Of a DNA stretch of 64,000 bases, positions 55,395 to 64,000 are shown in pieces. Positions within the stretch are counted from its first letter, which is position 1. The number at the start of each line of letters is the position of its first letter. The stretch is from Schizochytrium sp. TIO01 (taxonomy: Eukaryota > Protista > Bigyra: Labyrinthulomycetes): positions 5,590,845-5,654,844 of the forward strand of contig SMSO01000014.1 in NCBI GenBank assembly GCA_004764695.1. The letters are read 5' to 3'. Below the pieces are notes generated by a model that ran no database searches, was not told the DNA's origin, and saw only the letters and a program-made list of their open reading frames with translations. Made by a program: the position numbers and the translations under genes.

Positions 55395-57887
55395 TTTGCA
55401 GGATACAGCGAATATTTTTCGTCGCAAGAGTAAAGGTTATACTGGAGCGGATAACGAACAGAACCGGGACTATTTATTTGAGTAAGATGATTTGAAGCGG
55501 ATCCAAATGGTGAACAATTCTATAACCCTCGGGGTAGAATTAAGTAGTATGCGTTTATTTGGTGCTCGTACTGCACGGCAGTCCGGCAATAGAATTGTCT
55601 TTCAGCAGGGCGGAGTATGAGCACTTACGAGGGCCTGGCCGCTTGGACCTATATAGGACTACACCAATGCTAGTGAGTGGTGTCTTGCGCTTCGCCTCAA
55701 TCTGAACACTGAGGCAATCAGATCCACCAACGCGAACGAAACCCTTCGACGAACGATCAAGCGAAGTCAGTCTGCGTTAGGACTAACGTGACCGCCAAGT
55801 CTTTACGCTTGGTCGTTACTCCGTTGCTTTCTTCAACGAGGTCTTTTATTATTCTCCAATAGAGAATGTAAAGATGACCTACGACTTCTAATGCCACCAC
55901 TACCGCTACGTCCCGGGACTGGTTGCGCGGGGCGAGCGTGAAGAAAACAAGGGGAGGACTTTGCAAAAAATACCTCGGCCTGGTGAGAGAAGGTTGGCGA
56001 AGAGGTTTGTGGAGGCGGGTAGTAAAGAGTTTGCTTTGAAAGCCGAAGAAGAAGGACTTGTGAGAAGGAAAGGAGGTGAAAGCAAGTTAGCAGTCGGTTC
56101 TTTGATGCCACCCGCTATTTATAGTGCTACTGTTGCCGCTGCTGCTTACGGCAGTGCAGGAGTGAGGAGAACCGGTGCGCAGGTCGTGTCCGGCGAGCAC
56201 CTGTAGAGAGCGTGGAGAGCCACGGAAGGTGTAGGTCCCGACTGCGCCGCCGTGGGAGCGGAGCAAGACCGACAATTAATAGCTTTGTTGATCTCAAGTC
56301 GCTTTCTCAAAGAAACTCTTTCTTCACAGAAAAATACGTATGTTTCTTAGAGAGAAATAAAGGTAAACACTATTAGCCTATTCATTTTCCTATATTTCAC
56401 TATCAAATTCAAGTTTTCTAAGTTTTAAAAACTCTATTATTTCTTATTTTTTATGTCGAAAACGAAAGCAGAGAGATCTAATACCTCAATTAATAACATA
56501 GGTAGGAGGGGCTTTTTGAAACTTTCTTCTTCTTCTTTCAACGATTTTCTAATTCTTATGTGTGAACCACTTTAAAGTTGAAGCGAGGAAAGAAGGAGAA
56601 AGAACATAAGAAAGAGAGAAAGAGAGAGAGTAAGACAGAGAGGGGTTTTCAATCGAAGAAGGAAATTCTGTCTGTGCCTTTTGAAACTTGCCGTCGTTAA
56701 ACAGTTTCTACGGTGCCCCCCATACGTGATGATGATGTGTGTTTAGTCCCTGTTGGAACCATACATGGGGGTATACTGGGATTTGATCTCAAGAGCCGGA
56801 GCCCTGGTGGGGGCCTTAAGGAGGGCCGGTACTAAGGGCGATTTTCAGGGGGTTTGCTGCGATATTAAGGTGGGTGAGGGCACAGGCTTGATCGAATCTT
56901 ACAAAGAAAGTCCTGGGAATGAAAAAAACATAACTGAATGGTTAGGGAGCTTTGCGTAGGACCCGAATAGGAAGCAGTAGTATAGCTAGCTACGCGCTAT
57001 TAACACGCAATGTTGTTCTTTTGAAGACCCCGAAAAGAAGAACAGTCCAGGTGAACGAACGCTTTCGTTGACCAACTCCAAAGTTTTCTGCTTTTGAAAG
57101 AAACACGCCGCCACAAGCAGGTTTCACAGGTTTGAGCAACCATTGCTTTTGCGTCATCTGCATAGCTGGTGGGATCGAGACCAAGCTTTGCCTTTCCTGG
57201 GGCTGCAGAAGGTCGAAGGCGGAACAGGGTTGAGAAGGGTGTTCAAGCTCAAGCTCGAGCAACGGTCATCTTGCCGGTGCGATTCCTGCCTGGTGATGGA
57301 GGGCATGAGGATTTATTCATGTTCAAAATACCTAATATAAGGGAAACGGACTTGGCAGTTGGTGTCATGTCATAATGATTGAATTGTTGAAGACACGTGG
57401 ATGTAGTTTGATGATAGAACCAACGACATTCCGAGATATGACCCGGATAGGTCAAACCTTGTTTGGTGAAAAATAACAGATTTGATATATTATATCTGGC
57501 TAGGTTTTTAATTGGCGGGATTTGCACATTGTCGCTCACTGCAATTCATCTTAGGTTATGTGATTTGGGTTTCCAACCTTGAATTTTGACCTTGAAAAAT
57601 GCATATCCTATCATAGTATAGATACGTCTCTCTCTATATATAGAAATAAAACCCTTTTGTATTTGAGTGATTGTTTGGGCTTGAATTTTTACTCGCTCTT
57701 TTTTTTTCTTTCTTTTTTTTCCTTTTTTTTTTTTTTTTCAACATGAAATATATCATATGAAAGGCTATATGAAATATGGAGGGACCTCTGATAAGTGAGA
57801 GGCAATGAGGCAGGGTATGGTGTATGGTACTTTGCAATATCTTGTAGCGCTGTTTCGGTCAGGTAATCGATTTGTTGACGTTGTGAA

Positions 57888-58751
57888 TTAAACCTGATTA
57901 CGGAACGTATCAAATTGAGTTTTGAGAAGCGAGTGTTTTTTACTAATATTTTGGGGAACGTCATCTCTGCATCCGTGAGGCTTGGCGAAAATTTCCACCG
58001 AAGGTACAGTAAACTCGACAGGATCTAAAGTTGGGAAGTGGCACTCAAGGCTGAGCTTGAAGATATTGGGACGTTTAAAGTGAGGAGGAAAGAGAGCAAC
58101 GTTACGAGGAGTGATAGCTATCTCCATAAAAATGAAGTGGCCTTCTTTGGTCACTCTCGAGTGCTCAACTCTGACAAACGAATTATTGGAACGAGTGCTA
58201 CCGTCCACAACATAGTTTGCACTGGGACCTTTGTACCATTTGAGTGCTTCATTGATTGGTCCAAGTTCGTACTTGTTGCGTTGACCTTGTGCGTTTGGAG
58301 TGCTCATCTTGAGTTGGGTAGAGCCTGACATATTGAACAAAATATGCTCAGGTTCCATATCTTCTGATTCAAGGCGCAGTACAAAACGCAGAAATCGGAG
58401 GTCTTTATAGGCATAATAGATCTTTACGCCATCGTGGTGCATCTCGAGAGAGATGGGAGATCTTTGTTCGCGGTCATTGTTCCCTTCAACCGAGCCGCCT
58501 TCAGTCTCGTCATCTGCATCCTGGGCATCAGAATCAGAATCATCGTAGAGATTGATATCAGGATAACATTTTGCAATGGTAAGATCCACCTCAGCCAGAA
58601 ACTTTTCGTCAACCTCTGTTGAGTTCATTTCATTTCTCTCTTCCCTACGAGGTCTGGACAGGTGTCGGTTCTGTGCACCCACGCCAAGTTCTTCCTCGGG
58701 GTTCATCCTCTTGTTGCCCACCGTCCATCTCTCGCACCTCTCGTCCGCCAT
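57888..58751 (-). CDS. Hypothetical protein, acidic N-terminus and beta-rich C-terminal domain
   Basis: 287-aa ATG-initiated ORF with coding-like composition; no family recognised with confidence. Confidence 0.65.
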   Translation of the reverse strand: MADERCERWTVGNKRMNPEEELGVGAQNRHLSRPRREERNEMNSTEVDEKFLAEVDLTIAKCYPDINLYDDSDSDAQDADDETEGGSVEGNNDREQRSPISLEMHHDGVKIYYAYKDLRFLRFVLRLESEDMEPEHILFNMSGSTQLKMSTPNAQGQRNKYELGPINEALKWYKGPSANYVVDGSTRSNNSFVRVEHSRVTKEGHFIFMEIAITPRNVALFPPHFKRPNIFKLSLECHFPTLDPVEFTVPSVEIFAKPHGCRDDVPQNISKKHSLLKTQFDTFRNQV

Positions 58752-58908
58752 CTCGCGAGCTCCGTAGTCGTCCCCTGACTTTCGCTTGGATTCCGTGTAA
58801 GACCTCCTCGAGTCCGCCGCAGACTGATGTGCTCAAGTGCTCCTTCGCGCCTGGACCTGCGGCCTTGCAAGCTTTCTACAATTGAGACTCCTGCTTCGGC
58901 ATTCCGGG

Positions 58909-58909
<1 letters not shown>

Positions 58910-58951
<42 letters not shown>
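58910..58951. repeat. (CTG)~14 microsatellite
   Basis: Direct reading; upstream of the 57888-58751 gene. Confidence 0.9.
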
Positions 58952-58952
<1 letters not shown>

Positions 58953-59973
58953 GATGGTCTGCCTAAATGGGCCTTCCAAACCTCGGGGGGCGGGGATCTC
59001 GTCTCAGTCAGCGATGATTACTCCAACAAGGTCAACACTACTTAGTAGGTAGTACTCGCTACTCTTGGAAGGTGTGAGTGAGTGAGCCGCTCCTAGCCCC
59101 AGCTAGCCACCCGCTAGTACCTACCGAAGTGATTTGACGAGTCCTCCTCAGCGTCTGCAACAGCATTTGCAACACCTCCATCGCCAAAGATTGGAGAGCC
59201 TCCGCAGGCTGCTCTGGGCGAGCAGGCAGCCTTGGGAGCTGCGCGGCCCAGCGCGGCTGAAGGCTGCGACCAGCTGGCCAGCCAGCTGCGAGAAGACCCG
59301 CCCCCGAGAGAAGAGAGTTTGTGCAGGCGATGATGATGGATGGATTGTCGACATCCCGACCAAACAAACAAACAATCAATGTAACTAACAGCACGTGCAA
59401 AGAAAGCGACCATGAGTTGATTGAAAGTGCCGCGCATTGAGTAGCGCAAGAGGTGCTAGAGCGTTGGTACGTGCTTGGAGTTTGCAAGCGAGCTCTCGCA
59501 CGCACATTGTAATTGGCGAGGCTTTCAAGAGGCTGCGAGCGGTCTTGGCCGCTTAGTCCGCCTGCTCCGTGGTCGCGCGGCGGCTCTAGGTAGAGCGAGC
59601 AATCCATTCATTCATCCATCCATCCATCCGTCCATCCGCCTGCTCTTCAGGCCGGCCAGAGAATGGTGCTCAGAGCGACGATGATTTCAAGTGCCGCGCG
59701 TGTCGAGTTCTGCGGGGCTTGCGCAGATTTTAGCCAGCCAGCCAGCCAGCCAGCCGCACGTAGCCGCACGTAGCCACTCGCAGCTGCAGCTGGAACGAGC
59801 CATCGCTCTGGCTAGACCGCACAGGGCCACAGGCCCCAGCTAAAGCCATCCCAGATTTTGAGCTCCAAGTCCGCGGACATAGCTCAGCTCTGAGGCGAGG
59901 TCTAGGTAGGCCTCGCGGTGCACACCTTTGGAAGCCTGGACATGTTCAGTGTGCGCCACACCTTCCACATAAC

Positions 59974-60058
59974 ATTCATTCATTCATTCAATCATTCATT
60001 CATTCATTCATTCATTCACTCAGCATCAATCAATCAGTCATTCAGCCATTCAGTCATT
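59974..60058. repeat. Imperfect (CATT)n microsatellite
   Basis: Direct reading. Confidence 0.85.
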
Positions 60059-63000
60059 TAACCATCTCCTCGAAGACCCCGATCGAAGGAAGCGAGCGTG
60101 TTCTGAATGCGAAGCTCTTTGGAGGCGCGCATATGTGGGCCCATGGATGGCCATGAGCAGCCATAGACATGGTGAAAAGGTCTTTTTTAATTAAACTTAA
60201 CTTGCGTCAGGGAACTCAGTGAAAACAATCACTCAATACAATTAGGGGAACTTGAAAGTGAGGAGGTAGCTGGTAGCTAGTAGTTCATAAGATAGCGATA
60301 TGGAGGATCCTGAAAACTAAGACTTTAGCTTGAAGTTCAAGCTTTCGATAAGTGATCTTTGGTGGAAACTCGGGCCGGGCACAAACGGGAGTCCCTGCGA
60401 GACGTGTTAAGGCTCCAGACTCGATGGGGCTGGCGGCTGGGAATCTGGGAGCTTTCTCAGCAGGTGCTGGCTGCATGGTAGTCACCGGTGATGACCCGGT
60501 CTTCTCCGATTCCGAATGCCAAAGCGGCTACTAACTAACTATTGTTACTTTGCTCGGGTCGAAAGTGCGGAACAATCGGAACGAGCCAAACTGAATGGTT
60601 CTTCAAGAGGATCAGTGATGAGCATTGATACACACTCTCACAAGGTGCTAACTAGCTAGGTAGTCAGAGGTAGGGAGTTTTTAAAATGAGTTAAAATCTT
60701 TTGACTTGGGTAAAAACTTGAAAGCCAACCAACATGTTTATTCGATAGGTAGGTTTCCCAAAGCTTTTCTGTACCATGTGCAAATTTCAACCCAGGCTGA
60801 CGTCGGCGATGAGCACCTACCTACCTAGGTAGATAGGTAGGTACCTACTACTTTTCAAGAAGAAAGAGTGCGAGTAATAGGTAGAGCATTATACTGGGAG
60901 TTTGAAGTTAAAGGTCGATAGGACATCTTCGCTGGGGAGGGAGAGAGAGAAGTGAAGTTTACTGTGACTCAGTGGTGAGTCTGAGCATCGTCAGGAGCTC
61001 GTCAGCATCGCACGAGACAAGGCATGGTCTCAGGATCGATTCGAATATCATACCTACGCGAATCGTTTGTCGTAGTCCCCACAACGCCTAGACTTACTAG
61101 CTAGTACCAGCACGTGCACGTGCACTGTGTGATACTTATCATCACTAGCACTTTTTCGTGTTCGACGAAAAAAAAATAGAAAAACAGAAAGAGCAGGCGA
61201 AATCCTATGAATCTCATCCACTCTTAGTACACTACGTAGGTGTGCCATTCTCAATCATTCTCAATCCTTCTCACTGTGACTGACGAGGGGGTAGACAATG
61301 TAAATTGGACACTCTTATAGTTGAACGAAATGGTGGCTATGAGAAAATAAAGAAACAAGAATAACGGATTCTATCTGACATGGTCTACTGATGTAATGTA
61401 AGCCAATTCACCGTACAATGCAGTGTTTAGGTTAGCAGGCTCTCAACTCACACGGCCCATGTTCATAGAAACCTTTTCATGCACCTTGTTTCATCGCGAC
61501 GATTAAATTTTAGGGGGATCAAAAATCAACTCTCGATGAAAAAGGCTTCTCTCATGCTCTTAGTTGAAGATGTTATGCAATATTAACGCTAGGCATCTAA
61601 TCCCTAAATAATTAATTAATGGCATTCGCAACTCGGAAAGAAAAAATTAATGAGAAGCTAGCTACCTGAACCCAGATTAAACTGTATTAAGGTGTGCATT
61701 TTAAAAGGTTAAAGACTATGTCAGACGCATCAGTTGTTTGTAAGCCTTGTATCAATATGGTGACGGAAAGATGTGCCCAGAAGCCTTTCAGCTAAAATGT
61801 TAACTTCCTAACATTTATATGAGATTTTAACTCAAGCCAAAATATCTATAAACAGTCCCAAAGTCACTTGCTTCAATTTGCCAGGTTTAAAATCGTATCT
61901 TGATATCTCAAGGACAGAAGAACACCCCCCACGATTCAACTAGTTTCTGTCTGGAAAAGTTCTTGTTGAGAACGTAACTCAACAAAGTGTAACTCATCAA
62001 AGTTCCTTGAATCTGAAAAACAAGCGAATGAACAGTTTCTTAATAGCCTATTATTTACTTGATGAAAAGCATTCGTGGTACCAAGGCTTGGCCGCTAGCC
62101 TGCACAATACAAACGAATAAATAGGGTGAAGCGATACATACATGAGAAGTTACTTTTTATTGTCAAAAATCTACATAAACTACTCAAGTAGGTACCTTAC
62201 CTTTACCTAATCTATGCTTAACCTTCCGTCGATGCACTCCACCTGCCTGTATCCAGAACCTCCAACATCTCCTTGCACAAAGTCATAAAGTACTAGTACC
62301 TTGTACATTGGTTTATAGGTACTATCCTTCATAATAGCTATGAAGTATGTACCGCCTAGGAGGAAACGTTTCTTTGTTCCCTCCTTTTCCAGAACCATGT
62401 ATTACTTTTATTAGTAGGCATAGTAGACTTGAATAGTTAGGCAGGCAGGAGTACCTTTTACTAATAATTGGTATATAAGAGTAACTTGTCGCCTTAACCT
62501 TACCAGCAGGTAGTCATAGCCTAGGCACCACCTCACTACCACCATCGTACTATGGACTCCATGTATGTTCTACCTGGCCATTTATTTATTTATTGGGAAA
62601 ATCTTACATAAAGATAACTCTCATGCCATCATGGCACCTCTTAGTAAAACAAAGGTGAAATACACTTAGTTTTTTTGTTTATTTTCTAGGGGAACACTTA
62701 TTAATATGAAGACTAAAGCAAAAACGAAATCCTTCTGTCTCGGCTGGCGGTGCTTTTGCTGCTGTTTTTGCTGTTTTTGCTGCTCTTGCTCCTGCTCTCG
62801 GTGTTGACCACCGAATTTGACGCTAAAGTCCAAGCCTGGTTCTTCAATCGAGCAACGACTTCGTATGCAGAGTGCTTTGCTGTTTGTCTCTCGCGATTTC
62901 GTGAGAGTCTAAAAGGGTTGGATCGAGTGAGCCAGGCATCAGGTCTCACTCTGTCTTTTCTTTGGTACAGCGCGCCCCTGAAGGAACAGCAAGCTCTAGG

Positions 63001-63160
63001 GTGCAAACAAGGCCTGTGTTTCTGACTTTGGGGGAAGGAGACAAGCTTTGTAATTGTTTTGTGAACTAGACTGAATACTTCGGGCTAGCGTTTGCAGTGT
63101 CCTTTCCCTCCCTTCATATATTTTCTCTTTAAATTCGTTGAAAACACGGGAAAAGAAAGA

Positions 63161-64000
63161 ATGCAATCCTCAGCAAATCCAACACAGCTAGAAAGCGCAA
63201 GTCTTGTCCGTGATGCAGATCTAGACCAGGCTCGTCAAGTAGTTGACGAGGTGGAGTAGGTTTAATTTCGGCACTGCAAGCTTTTGCTTGCACTGATGCG
63301 AGCAATCAAAGCAAGCATTTGACAAACTAACTAAACTTTCTTGTTGCAATTTGTTTTGCTGTTATGATTCACAGCCGGGATGGATATTTTCTCGGTGATT
63401 CTGGAATAAAGTCGCTGCTAGGAGCTCTTCAAACCAATCCGGGTTTTTTATCATTAAGGTAAGGCCACAATCGATCCAATCAATGGATGAAAAGTAGAAA
63501 GGAAATTCGTCTATGCTATTTTCACTGCTTGTATCTACATCACTGTCAATGTTAAGAGAAGACCTAACTTTAACGCAACTTACAGTGTACGATGGAATGA
63601 ATTGGGTCCTGAGGGTGCAAAATCTATCTCAGACTTTCTTAAACAGTCCAAAAGTCCTAGACGGCTCTAGTAAGTTTTCCTCACATGACTTTTTGGCACA
63701 ACATTTAGCACATCTAACTTGTCTTCCTGGTCTTTCACATTCTTCAGCTTGGGAAAAAATCATATATCTTGCGACGGGGCAGTGGCGCTCGCCACTGCAT
63801 TAGAAGTAAATGGAACTTTGCAAATTCTAGGGTACGTGCCTCTCAACCGGTTTCCAAGACCAACCATTCTTGCTAACATTAAATATATATATCCAAACTG
63901 CATTTACATTCTGTCTTTTAAGGCTGAACGGAAACGAGATTGGCGACACAGGGACGCAGGCTCTAGCTCAAGCCCTTCATCAGAATAAATCGCTACAGCT
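63161..64000 (+). CDS. Multi-exon RI-like LRR protein, 5' part (exons 63161-63255, 63375-63458, 63586-63669, 63748-63831, 63923->64000)
   Basis: Four GT-AG introns, all phase 2; the spliced frame is open: ...RDGYFLGDSGIKSLLGALQTNPGFLSLS VRWNELGPEGAKSISDFLKQSKSPRRLY LGKNHISCDGAVALATALEVNGTLQILG LNGNEIGDTGTQALAQALHQNKSLQ. Confidence 0.9.

Noticed and set aside
57140-57180. SYADD on the minus strand resembling a reverse transcriptase motif
   Set aside because: No flanking RT motifs (QG, LG) and the frame is short; likely coincidence.
59059-59607. 182-aa ORF in the GC-rich upstream region
   Set aside because: Non-ATG start; low-complexity, microsatellite-laden regulatory-type DNA.
62750-63025. 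Leu-rich ORF resembling a signal peptide
   Set aside because: GTG start; the hydrophobic run comes from a 9-bp GCTGTTTTT-type tandem repeat.
1-64000. tRNA, rRNA, CRISPR arrays, intact transposons, selenocysteine read-through
   Set aside because: None recognised by eye; tRNAscan-SE, Infernal and a repeat search are needed to exclude them formally.

Overview
Eukaryotic nuclear DNA: gene-dense, mostly single-exon genes, AT-rich spacers with microsatellites. The style suggests a flagellated stramenopile protist, probably a thraustochytrid/labyrinthulomycete (inference, not proven). About 18 genes: BAP31, DONSON, CDC6, a coiled-coil plus tandem-PH protein, XAP5/FAM50, a TEX49/SPMIP11-like flagellar protein, a DGQHR (DndB/ParB-like) domain protein, HEATR6, kinesin-4, cohesin SCC3/STAG, an intronless LRR protein, a mitochondrial-type lysyl-tRNA synthetase, PCID2, a receptor-like TKL kinase, an LPAAT-type acyltransferase, two hypothetical proteins, and a spliced LRR gene running off the right end. 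Several spacers hold decayed coding relics. I recognised no rRNA, tRNA, CRISPR or intact transposon. Four observations stand out. (1) A prokaryote/giant-virus-type DGQHR domain is fused to a disordered tail with a cyclin-type D-box and many SP/TP sites. (2) A candidate BICD/HAP1/Spindly-type dynein adaptor (CC1 box, LEEEN motif, Spindly-like motif) carries two PH domains. (3) One LRR gene is built from exact 84-nt, one-repeat, same-phase exons although its neighbours are almost intron-free. (4) The kinesin-4 tail carries two partial p25alpha/TPPP motifs. All family calls come from motif recognition by eye, not database searches.
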